A DNA stretch of 64,000 nt from Amoebophrya sp. A120 (taxonomy: Eukaryota > Protista > Dinoflagellata): NCBI GenBank assembly GCA_905178155.1, contig CAJINV010000006.1, positions 2,644,658-2,708,657 on the forward strand. Direction: 5' to 3'. This document shows, in pieces, positions 37,812 through 50,400 of the stretch. Under the pieces are notes generated by a model, which was not told the DNA's origin, ran no database searches, and was given only the letters and a program-made list of their open reading frames with translations. How positions within the stretch are numbered: position 1 is the first letter of the stretch; the number at the start of each line of letters is the position of its first letter. The translations under genes were made by a program, and so were the position numbers.

Positions 37812-40800
37812 ATGGCGACCAGAAAAAACGTAAACGGCCTGCTTGTATCCGTATCGGCCGCAGTAGCACCCCCTCAGGCACCAGGCGAGAACCCCCGGTA
37901 CTCTCGAACCGGCTGCGACCACCAGCAGCGCTTGTCTTGTTCGCTAGAAGAACTACAAAAAAGCACGAAAAAACGGACGCGTTTGACGTTCTTCCCCTGC
38001 TCAAAGAAACTGCAGCTCCTGGCCAGCGCAGTGCTGTTCTTCATTTCCGGGCACGATGAAAATATTTACCGTGGTACCAACGCGCTTTATTCTTTCACAA
38101 ATGGTTTGCTACTGCCGAAGGTGCAGCAGAGGCGGCACCGCCAGAGGAAAGTGAGTAGAACGGTCACGGCTACTGATGTTCCCAGTACAGCTCCTGCTTC
38201 CAGCACGACGGCTACTGACGTTCCCAGTACAACTCCTGCTTCCATCGCGGAGATTGCCGGGGAGGACAAGAAGGGGCGGGCGGCTACTTCTTTCACGTCT
38301 CAAACATCAGGAGAAGATCAAGACTCCTTGCCCCGGAAGCGCAATCAAAACCTCCTGCTGCAGAGGGAGATGAAAAAAGAGCGGCAGGCCGGGGAAACGA
38401 CCGAAAGCGCGGGGGCGAATATTAAACACGAGGATTTGTTGCGCTCTGTTGAAACGATCGGCTCGGTTCTACTGGAAAGCGGCAGCACGGGCGGGAACAA
38501 GAGATCATCTCCAACGACTTTCCCTACGTCTAAAAACACTTCCGGCAGGAAAGAGCAAAAGCAGAAGAAGAAGAAGAAGAAGAAGAAGACCACCTACTAC
38601 CCGTCTAAAAATAAATCTCTGCTGGAGCTTATGAAAACGCGGAAAGAGCACTGCTCCGGCGGCGGCGGGGGCACACAGTACACCTTTGGTGCCGCCCCGC
38701 AGGCGTACACGGCGATGCCCGGCGCTACCATATATCAAATGCAAATGTCTCTGGGTCTGGAATAAACTTGTGATGCTGGCCGGCGAATCCTGAAGACGCC
38801 ACAAATTATGACGGCTCAGCATGACAAGTTTCTGAGTTGCAAGGTGTTATCTATTCAGCATGACAGACTGCGTTTTTGCATGGCAGAACATTGGGACTTT
38901 TGCGTAAGAACGCGCATGACAGTTTTGGGAGTCATGCTAGCAGAGCAACACAAACTTGCACTCTTCCAGAGGACGCAGACATCTTTGCAATGCATACTAT
39001 CTTGGGGGTATCAAGTCCCGACGCGGCTGGATTGGTCGGGGCCAGAGCGGGGGCAGTTTTCGGTGGGGGTACGAATCCCGACCAGTCCCTGTCCGCAGGA
39101 ACGGCGAGCTCCTCTACCACGTCCAGCACTAGTAGTACCAGCACTACACGGGAGCCCTGGGTCCCCGACCGCTGCCAAGGGGTGCAGGCGAACCCGGGGA
39201 AAACCGGTATGCATTGCAAAAGTATCGTAGTCGTAGTAAAAGTAATTGCAGTAATGCATGACAAATCCAACTGTCTACCCGAACACGCATGACAAATTGC
39301 ATTTGTCTTGTTGCGAAAATTAGTAATGCAATTTTTTCTACTAGTAAGTACGTGTAGTTTTGCAATGCATAACCGTGCCGCCGGAGCGGTACGTGGACTA
39401 CAACGGGCAGAAGGTGAAAGGCGTTTTCATGGTGATAGCGGACTGGGGCTGGACCCCGGGCGCCAAGTCGGACACCGGCTGCCAGATGGCCATCGGTATG
39501 AATTGCAAAAATGTCTGGGTCTGGAAGAGGACAAGTTTCTCATGCACATTTTCCATGATCCACGATGTCTGTTATGCATGCCCTAGCAGCACAGATTTTT
39601 TGAGCGCTTATGGATGCGCATCCCGCATGACAAATGCCCTATCCGTGTAGCCAAATTTGACTCCTCTTGCTGCTCACGCAATACAGATTTTTTTTAGCAT
39701 CCAAATGCAGCATCACAAGTTGCACTGCTCCACCCCCAGACATATTTGCAATGCATAATCGGCCGCGAGGCGCTGAACTACCTAAACGACAAGGGCATGA
39801 CGCACCTGCTCAAATTTGTGCTTGCCGCGGGGGACAATATCTACGGCGGCGCTGTGGACGGCAGTTTGCAGGATATCTGGCTATGAAGTACAAATATGTC
39901 TGGGTCTGGAAGAATGCAATATTTGTGATACAGGTTTTCCATGACCCACGAGGCCTGGCATGCAGCACCGAGCATGAGAGATGCTGTGAGGTGTCTACCA
40001 TGCCTATTCCGCATGAGAAACTCCCTGTCCACCTGGTCAAAAGCGGACATCTTTTGGTAATCATGCAATACAAATTTTTGCATGATCCAGACTCAGCATG
40101 ACAGGTTGCAACCTTCCCGACCCAGACATATTTGCATTTGATACTGGCTGAATCGGTACGACAAGGAGCTCACCTGCGTACCCTGGTACGCAGTGCTGGG
40201 GAACCACGATTTCGGGCTATCCTGAGTAAAAACGTCCCCACACCAGAGTCAAGGTGGGACGAAATCTGCTAGGCAAATCTGTCAGCTTTTGCTGTTGCGC
40301 ATGACAAGTTTGGCGCCGTAGTGTAACTCTGTTTAGCTTGTTCAGCAGCGTCACAGATCTATAGGACTACGCTGATCCTCGCATCACAAATCCCAAAAAG
40401 CGACTAGAGACTGCTTCTCATGGGTCTTCGACTGAGAAACATTTTCAGCATGCAGATTTGCATTACAACTCTGGGGAGCTGGGAACGTTTTTACAAATGA
40501 TACGGGCACACCGGGGAAAAGCGGTGCTGGCCCTACCCGGAGGAGGCGAATTGTGGGCAGATAATATGCATTGCAAAAATGTCGGGATCTGGAAAAATGT
40601 AGGACTCGTCATGCTTGTGTGGCATGCCTCTTAGATCTGTGATGCGTAAGCAGGAACGGGGCCTCTTGCCTGTCATGCAAAAACGCAGGTTGCCATGCGG
40701 AAAACGAAACACATGGCAGTGCAAAAAACTTGTCATGCTCGGCTGCATATAATTGTAGTGCGCCCACCATTCAGAGACTTGCATCACAAATTTCCAGACC

Positions 40801-42709
40801 CAAACATTTTTGCATTTGATAGATAAACGGCGATTACGAAACGGTGCGGACGAGCAAGCAGTGCATCCCCAAGCGTGAGTATCGCAAGAAAAAACTGTTT
40901 CACTGTGAAGTTGTGATGCAGAAAATGGAGCACAGAGCTATTTGTCTTGCTACACCTGCAAGACATTGGATTTTGAAGCGTGTTTCCCCTTGGGAAGCGC
41001 GCATGGCAAGTGCTTCGCGTCATGTGTAGCAAACTGGTGATGCAGATATTGCAAAATCATCACAGTGAAACAGTTTTTTCGTGGGATAGTGAGTGGAGCG
41101 GCAGCCGGGACTGCTGGGCCATGCCCAAGGCGAGCTACTCTGTGACGGCCTGGGAGGAGGAGCTGAACTTGACGCTGATTGGCATATCGAGTGCAAAAAT
41201 GTCTGGGTCTGGAAAAATTGGAATCTGTAATGCGTGTCTTGCACTCCTGTCAAATCTGTATTGCGCGACCGACAAAAGCGCGAATTCTTTGTCATGCAAA
41301 AACGCAGGTTCTCATGCGGATTACACATGAGAAGGCGCCCTGAAAATTCGTCATGCTTGGCTGCACTCAGGGGTGTGCTCAGTCATCGCCACTTGGCATC
41401 ACAAGTTTCCAGACCCAGACATATTTGCAATTCATATGGCACCGACGGCAACGATCTGTGGCACTACGGGTACCCCTTCGGCTCCTGGGGGCGCGGGGCG
41501 ACGCAGGGTCCGCTGGGGCGGCTCAAGGAGGAGGGCCTGGCCGAGCTGCGCGACCGCCTGGGGCAAAAAACGGCACAGAACATCGTATCAAATGCAAATA
41601 TGTCTGGGTCTGGAAAGTTCCGAGATTTGTCATGCTAGTCTGGCATGACTCCTAGCTCTGTGTTGCGTCACCGCGAACAAGAGCTCCACTTGACAGTCGT
41701 GCAAAAACGCATTTCTCATGCGAATTACGCAACTCAGAACTACGGAAAAACTTGTCATGCTTGGTAGCGCATTAGAGTGTTGTGTACTCACTACTCCCTT
41801 CCTTGCATCACAAGTTTCCAGACATCCAGGGATATTTGCAACGCATACATCGTGGTGTTTAACCACTACCCGTGGGACTACGCGGGAGATTCGCGACAGT
41901 GGTACGAATATCAAGTGCAAAAATGTCTGGGTCTGGAAAAGTGCAAACTTGTCATGCAGATTTTCCCTGACCCATAAGGTCTGGAATGCGGGACTTAGCA
42001 TGACAGACATTCTGTGAGATCCCTATCATGCCTATCCTGCATGAGAAACTCCCTCCCAACTTGGTCAAAAGTGGACAGCTTTTGGCACGCATGCAGCACA
42101 GATTTTTGCATGCTTCAGATTTACCATGACAAGTTGCCACCTTCCAGACCCAGACATATTTGCAATTGATAACGAAAATGACCTGAACGGCGCCGTGCGC
42201 GACCAGGGAAAAACGGTGTTCTTCTTTGCGGGGCACACCCACACCACGCAGGGGCCGAAGGACTTTGACCCAAAAAACGACGTGCAGCACTACATTTCCG
42301 GGGGGGCCGGCGGCTACTGCACCGACGAGTGTGGCGGGGGGTGGGGCGGAGTCAATTTCGGCCTGGTGAAAGAGGACGGAACCATCGAGGTGGTCAAAGC
42401 GCCTATCAACTGTAAAAATGTCTGGGTCTGGAAGATTGCAGACTTGTCATGCATATTTTGTATGATGATTGACGCCTCTAATGCATGATCTAGCAACACA
42501 GATTTTTAGAGAGCTTCCTAATGCCTATTCCGCATGAGAAATGCCCTCTCCGCGTAACACAAACTGGAGTCCTGTTGCTGGTCATCCAATACAGATTTTT
42601 TTGGAATCCAAAGACAGCATTACAAGTTGCATCCTTCCAGACCCAGACATTTTTACATTTGATAGCGCCGGAGGGAAAACAAATCGACGAGTGCCGCAAG
42701 TTCCGCTAG
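37812..42709 (+). CDS. Purple/tartrate-resistant acid phosphatase-like metallophosphoesterase, 12 exons
   Basis: 11 elements (38733-38996, 39208-39371, 39497-39757, 39882-40143, 40218-40502, 40565-40821, 40880-41088, 41185-41436, 41586-41847, 41909-42171, 42404-42664). The joined frame has all five metal motifs in order (IADWG, AGDNIY, LGNHD, FNHYP, AGHTH), then ISGGAG and stop at 42707-42709. Confidence 0.92.
42404..42664. mobile_element. Introner family F1 representative (TIR TATCAAATGCAAAAATGTCTGGGTCTGGAA; most abundant)
   Basis: About 40 copies with several internal subtypes. Near-identical sets include 42404/54888, 41909/53380/58639, 25861/59015 and 27087/28243. Confidence 0.9.
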
Positions 42710-44400
42710 AACACAAAATGTTCCGACCTCAGGGCCATTTTTGTGGCAATGCTTTTTCCACGACGACGGCCCTGAGGCTTGTTCGCATTTTTGACAGCGA
42801 AGAGGTGATTTACTATGAAGCACCAGAATAAGAAGTAGCAAAGCCAAAAGAACTTCCTGTGAAATTTCTACTAGGAAATACCCAGCACTCAATACTACAA
42901 TATCTACGAAGTAAGAAGATGTTGATCATCTTTTCTCTTAGGGTTTGATGACTCGATTTTCGTTCAGTTTGCCGTTTTTCGGTTCTTTTCTACAACACCC
43001 GCAAACTATTTCCTTCCCGAAATGCACCCTTGTTTTCTCTTTGTCTTTCCAGCGGAAATAGAAAGACGAAGTGCTTCTGCTTTCTTTTTCCCTTTATTGC
43101 GGTAATGAAGGCTGGGCCAAGATGAACTGGTGTTCCGCTGAAAAGAACGACGAGCAAAAGAAGTTGCAAGGAAACCTGTTCGACTCGTCCCGGTTGGCTT
43201 CACTTTCATCTGACACGCTGATAATGATCGTGCATGGCGTCTAGTGTCCTCGTTCGGCGTTTATTTCGTAGCTTTGAAATAAAATCGCACATATGAACTC
43301 GTCTTTGCATGTAAGAAGTGAGTCACTGGAAAGCATCGTACTCGTACCAAATGTCGTCGAACATCATGACCTTAACCTGCGTTCTGTACTTGTTAGTACT
43401 ACTACTTCCTCGCTCCCGCAACGGAAGGTCGCAGGTGAATAGATAGATTTATCTTCGTTGTCGTGCCCAAAGAAGTTTTAGTTTTGCTTAGAATTACGAA
43501 TCTACTTCTGTCTTCCTTTAATGCAAACGAGGATGATCCCATGTTGACTTTCAAGTTCGTGCGTGGCCAGTCTTTGTCGTTCTTCTACGACCCAACGTTC
43601 ACGTCATTCGTCCACTGTCGCGTTTTCAGCATCTAGTATATTTCCAGTCAGACTACTTACACAACCGCTTCGACTTCTACGTACTTCCCCTCAGTTTCTT
43701 TGTATACCGCGCTCTTTCGACGTTTTTACTATTCCTTCAAGTGGTGAATGAATCGTCCTAGTTGTATATACTCCTCGTGGTCACGACTTGAAGTAAGCGG
43801 ACTAAGTACATCACTCCACTGCATGTGCGCACCAGTTGCCGTGTCGGTAGAGACATGATTACATATCATTATCCTAGTAGTTGTTCATCGTTTCGGCAAG
43901 GAGAAAAAGAAACGCACTCCTGTGCACGTTGCCTAGTAGTGGAAACACATTTATATGAGATTATAGAAACTTGGATTTCGTTCATCTCAGCGTGCTGCTG
44001 TCGCGTTGATATTGGAAGTCAGCTACTTACACTCCTTCGATTTATTATCTTCTCGCGGTCGTGCCTGACGTAATAAAGTTTCTCAAGAACTATTTTTACA
44101 GCCATTCTTATCCTCACGACAGCACAGGTCCCAATTCGTGTAGATTGCATTATCATGACCACGCAGCTTCTTCTTGTTCTTCCCAAAAGAAAAATATCAC
44201 CTCCCTCCTACATAAAGCACATTAAACTTCGTTGGTTTAGTGTGAGAACTGTAGTGCGACCTGTTGTAGTACAGCCGTATCAAAAACGAGATTCTCAACG
44301 CCGTAGCTGCAGGAGGAAATAACCATGAAGAGCAAATCTTTCGCGTGTAGATTTTTTGTTTGATCAAAATATAGTAGTGCTGCGCAACCGCAAGAGAACT

Positions 44401-47400
44401 ATGTCCAACATGAGCAGCAGCAAGAGGATGGTCTGCCGGCGCTACTATTTTACCTCATCACAACTGTATGCATTGCAAATATACGTCTGGGTCGGGAACA
44501 TTGTCGGTGAGAGACTTGTAAGATACAATTGCCGGCGGGGCTGAGAGCGTTCGGAAAACTTGCCACTGTGCTTGTTTTCACTTCAACGTCGACGTCGTGT
44601 TGCAACATTCTACGATTCTGCGTCACAAGGTTCCAGGACCACGAGATGATGTATTTTTTGCAATGCATACGCACCTTCTGACACTCACGACATTTTTCGA
44701 CCATGGTGTGGTTGTCCGAACAGCAACTACAGCCGATGAGTGTGAAAATCGTATCGTGGAAGAAAATGCTCCCTCCCGACGCCTCAAGGAGATTTGTACT
44801 GCTGGATATGTGTACAAAGGTTTTTCGATTTTACAAGAAAGCACTGCGTGGTTATGATGTGGCCGGTCGCCGTGCATAATTGCTGTTCAGTTTACTATGA
44901 CAGCACACAGCTCTGGCTGCACGCGAAACCGTTCGTACGCTACAACAAACTGCCGCCCAGGACGAAACCGTTGTCCTGTGCCGGCAGCCGTTGTCCTGGA
45001 CCGGGTGCCAAAGTGACTTGTACGGGTGAACAAATTCAGCACGATACGCATCAGCTGGCAACTGGGAGGGAGGATCATTTTTCATCGTGATAAACCTGGG
45101 TCCGAGTTTTGTTTGGCGTTCGGATCGTCCAGATGATATACCGGACAAATGCATCGAGAGAACGTGCGCCAACCCGTTCGCCACAGTATCTGGTGAAGGA
45201 CACCCGACACCGTTTTTGGAGGCATCACTCTCGGAGGTAAGGCACGATGAAGATACAGACCGGCACTGGTTCCAAGGTTGCAGGGAGGTAGTCGAAAATC
45301 CCGCGGACGTTGATTGCAGCGGCCTACTTACCGGCAGATGCACTGCCGAGCAGTGTTGCAAGAGGATGAATTTGTGTCAAAAGAAGCCCGCGGAAAGCGA
45401 TTGGTCAAATACAGAGATCGGCTTGATACCAGTCTATCCCTCTTGTGCTGATCGAGGGGGCGCCGTGATTGTGGACTTGTACTCGTCGTACCCACATAGC
45501 CTGATAAAGTGTACAGACGACATGAAGAACTGTCCAGATAACGTTTGTTGCTTCGAAGAGGGAGCTGCTACACAAGCACAGAGCTCAATGACCTGTCAAA
45601 ATTTCTGCGAGAATTTGCGCGACAAAAATGGTGGATCACCGTTTCTGGCACCGCTGGGGTCCTCGGACCTTCTGAACAAGGAATGCGCAAACTTTGACTC
45701 TACCGTCGGCGGCTGGTGCAGTGTGAAGGAATGCCAGTGCGGGTGCAATGAAAATGATGGCTTTTTTATCACTTTGAAAACAGTGCTGGCCCTCCGAGTT
45801 CTCCCAGAAGTGTTGCCATGCCCGGAAAATTGTACAGGCAGGAACGTTTTTTACTCGGAAGCTTGTTGGGGAAAAGAGGCACGAACAGCAAGCGAGGTAA
45901 GTTTGGTGTATCAGAACAAGCATAGTCTGCTAGTCAGTTGAACAAACAGCAACTACCACCTGACGCATCACTCTAGCCATACAACTGAGCCTTTCTTACA
46001 GACAACGCGCTTCCTTTCTTGGTGAGGCATTGAATATTTGTATCCGCGGCGCCTGTATTTGTCGTGGTAATGCATTCTGTTCTTCTGGTCATGATATCAG
46101 CACCACTGATAAGGATATAACTTTTTCCTGTGGAGACGATAGGGCCAACGCTTTTCGTTGTGATAGCCTTCTTGAAAAGTCTTCGCGGCGTGGGCTACGC
46201 AACATCGTTGGCGGACTGCACAACGGAGTACGACATGGAAAGCACTCCTCCCGTTCAATGAATGGTTGTCTTTGACTTTGTCGTGCATTAAAATACAAAA
46301 TGACGAGATGAGGCATGCATTAGCATATAAATGAAAATGGGTACTATGGGATGATCCATGCAAGGAAGCACTCCGCCTCCCTGCAGGCCACAGCCCTGGC
46401 ATGCGGAAAAGTACTGATGCAATTGGAGAAGAACTAGCGTGCTGTCTTTTTGGTTAAATTTGAAACACAAGTAATTGCCGCAGTCGCATGATTACTCTCG
46501 CCAAAATAGGCGTCGCACGAAATCGCATTTTTGCACCGTGGCGCGCGACTCCTTGTGCGGAAGATTGTTCTGAGTGAAACCTATATCCCCAAAATTTGTT
46601 CGCGGCCCAGTTCTGACGACAAAAAAACAAAGTTTTCAAGAACGAATAAAAAAATCAAAATGCATAGTAATATACAGGACTGGTCCAACCCAACGTACGG
46701 GAGGGGGCGGCTTTCCTTACATTGGGGAACACCTCATTACGCGTTGCTTATCCTGAGGGAAAACGCCCGAGCCCCAGAGGCAAGCGGGGAATTGTGCATC
46801 ACAAATCCGGAAGTTTTGGGAGTCACGCACGACAAGGTCCTATCGGTGGTGTAGGGCACGTTAGCAAGGATTGCCGCATATCAAAGCCATGAGCTTATTA
46901 TACTGTTTACAGCATCACAACTTCGAAACATGACAACGAATGCGCTTCATGGGGATACGCGTGACAAATCTTCCTGTGGATGCAACCCTGCATGACAACT
47001 CTGGGATGGGGACGTTTTTCCTCTGGATGTTGCTGTGTGGAAATTATGAGTGCCCTGCTGCCACCCCTACGCCGGTGCGGGTAGTGCCCTCGACATACCC
47101 ATTGGAAGCGAGATTCGACTGCAGTAATTCCGGTGATTGCCCTGTGGCTGACGCAGCGGGGGTTTGTTGCTTGGAAAATAGTGTAGAAGTCACCGCCCAA
47201 GGCCAAGAGGGAAGTACTCGCAATTGCCAAACATTTTGTACCAACTTGCCGGGCTACCAGGGGCCGAACGATGCAGATAAAAAGGCTGCTCGGTGCCGCG
47301 AAGATAAAGACATGGGCTGGTGTAGTGTGAGGAAATGCGAGTGCGTTTGTGACACGGATTCCGGCTTCGCCGTCCAGGACGATGGGTCTTGCTCGTGTGA

Positions 47401-50400
47401 TGTATGCGTTGCAAATATGACTGGTTTTCGAAGTAGGATCACGCAAACTTGTCATGCTAATTTTGAAACGAACGGAGAAAAATCTGCCTTGCACAATCAG
47501 CATCAAGGGAGCCATCAAGGAATGGATCCGTACGGTCGACCCTGCCTAGTTAGTCCCACAGCGGGGGTTCGCCAATATGTATAGGCGATGGACTACCCGG
47601 TCGGCGGAAAAGCTCTACCGCCGATCCAACGCTGATGATAATCAGCATTAAGGGAGGATGCGCAATTTTTGTTTTTCGGAGTAAGCATTCCGCATGTAGG
47701 CTAGGCGTGAGATGAAAGCCGAAGCCTCCGCAGAGCCTGTTATTATATATTCTGCGTGCATTCCAGACCTTCTGGCAGACGCAGATCCAAAAAGTAAAAT
47801 GAGCATGACAGTATTCCAGATCATCACTATCGCGGAGGGCAGTGCCTGCACCAGCCAGGACAGGCGCTATCCAATCAACCAACCAAATATCTGCATTCTT
47901 GGAAACCCAGACACATTTGCAATGCATATGATGAGGAACGTGGATACGTGGCAGTCGGGAATCAATTGGCGCAGACATGCGTTCAAAGAACGTGCGAGAA
48001 CCCGAAGGCCACTGCGGGCGGCGGTTCTACTGCATTCACGGCAGCAGATGTAGATGTACCCTTCAAAGACGGCTGCGACCCCGTTGGCGACGGGGGCAAG
48101 GTAGTTTGCGCCGGTGGCGCGGAGGGCAAGTGCACTGTCACGCAGTGTTGCAAGACCCGGTATTTGTGCCAAGGGTACGAGGGTGTATGCTCCAACAACT
48201 TCAATCCTCTCAAGGTGGCGCCCTCATACGAGGTCCTCGATTGTGCTGCCTCCATTGCCGACGCCGACGCTGTCGCGTGCCAACCTGCCGTGTGTTGCAC
48301 CGAAGAGGACATAGCGCAAGACCAAAGTGTTATTGTGCGGAAAATTTCCTCTTCCCCATTCCTGGTTTAGAAGCTACTGATGCTGGCTGTTAGTGGCCTT
48401 AAATCAGGTCTCTCTTGTTGCATACAGGGGAAGAAGCAGGAGTTCTTGTTGCGCGAAGAATTGTAAAGTCTGCAACTACAACCTGTGTAGCGTGTATGCG
48501 TTTCAGCTCACGGCCGACCCGTCTGTCATGCTCGACATCGGCCTAGGAGAGCCCTGCGCTGCCGTGGCGCAAAACAGGGCTGGTGTCCTTGCTCAAATCG
48601 GCATGGGAAAAAATTGGTGTGAACAAAAGTCGGCGGCATGGCAAATTAAGTTTATCTAGCTTCAGTACTATAGGGATGAGGGAGATTTTTTCATCTTGAT
48701 AAGCCAGAAAACCTGTGCAGACTTTTGCGAAAGCCTGGCGGACGGAAAGGCAGATGGTGCGCGAAGCGTTTTTATTGCCCCGGCTGCGGCAGCGGATAAG
48801 ACTAAAAAATGCAAAGGCCAGGCGGTCGCGGGTGACTGGTGCAGTGTCGCGTCTTGTGGGTGCCAGTGTAATGCGGCCCAGGGATACCATTTACACGCCA
48901 ACCACGTTAATTCCCCCGATGGCAAAGCAACGGGCTTTTCCGATTGCGTGCGGAAGACCTGCGCGAACCCCACACCTGCTCTTCCTCCAACAAGTCCGGG
49001 CGCCCAGTCGAGGCATTATGAGTGCAGCGATTTGTCCACGGTGCCGCGGCTCGTCCCGGAGGACTACAATTGCTTCACAAGCGAAAGCGACACTGATATC
49101 CTGTGTAAAAACATCCCCACCCCAGAGTTGTAATGCAAATCTGCATGCTGAAAATGTTTCTCATGCAGAGCCCCATGAGAAGCAGTTTCTATTCGTGTTT
49201 TGCAATTTGTCATGCTCCATTCAGCATGGTATGCTAGATCTGTGATGCTGCTGAGCTAGCTCAAACAGCACTGCGCTACGAGTCCAAATTTGTCATGCAA
49301 AACAGCCAAAACTTGTGGACTTGTCTAGCCGATCCCCATCTTGACTATGGTGTGGGGACATTTTTACTCAGGATAACTGAGTGCACCGATGCGAAGTGCT
49401 GCAGGACCCGGGTTCCCGTCGTGCGCGATAACGAAATGCAAGTAGAGCTGTTAGCGGGCTCGGCGGTGGCGTCGAGCGAACGCAGCGACTACGCTGCAGC
49501 GAATTTGATTGACGACAGGGGTAGCGCAGACTTCGCGGCTGCACTCCAGCAGGACAGTGATCTCTCTTTCTACAAGCTGCTCAAAGCGGATGCCGCAGAA
49601 ACTGGTCGAACAGAAGCTGCGGGACGCCGGTGCCCCTGGATGCAAATTGGTTTGGGGGCTGAAAAACTCGTCACAAGTGTGCACCTCTTTGCGTCAAATT
49701 CCGTTCCGCGGCTGGGCGTTTTGTTTTTCAACGTCAAGTACAGCGACCTTAACGAAGACGCCTCAGCCATTTCGCTCGAAGCTGTAAAAAATGCTGGCTC
49801 GTTGGTGGACGCGGGATTTCGCGTTGTGGTTTCATCTACGCCCCGAGATCCTTCCTCGTGGGGAGCGGACGATGCGTGCCCGGATCCGGAAGCTGTTGCT
49901 GATGTAGCTGAATGCGAGACAGTGAAGTGGGCCGGTGGCGCCGGCGAGCGGCGGTTCCAAAGAGTGGGTGATGGGTCGGAGGTGATCGTAGTCAACGAGG
50001 GTCCTCCGGGGTACAATAGAGGCCCAATTGATCAGGACCTGCCGCGCGGAGATTTTCGGCACCTGGTTGCGGCGAGGATTGAGTGCAAGAGCCAGCTATC
50101 AAATGTACATATCGAAGACCTGGGTCTGGGAGGATGCGAACTTGTGATGCTGCAGCTTGATTCTACAAAAATCTGTATTGCAACATGAACAGCAAATAAA
50201 GACATGGCTTAGAAGTTTTTGCCATAGCGAGAGGGCATTGCTCATGCGGTATAGGCATCAGAAAGCTCTCACAAAATCTGTGATGCTAGGGTATGCATCA
50301 CAGACATCAGGACTCATGCGTAAAAAGAATGTGCATGACAATCCCTGCATCCTTCCGGACCCAGATCGATATTTGCATTCGATGCCAGCCCGGCCGGTAC

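Noticed and set aside
38733-42664. CRISPR-like array (recurring 30-bp gtctgggtctggaa repeats with unique spacers)
   Set aside because: The repeats alternate in orientation as TIR pairs, spacing is irregular, the spacers are exons and there are no cas genes.
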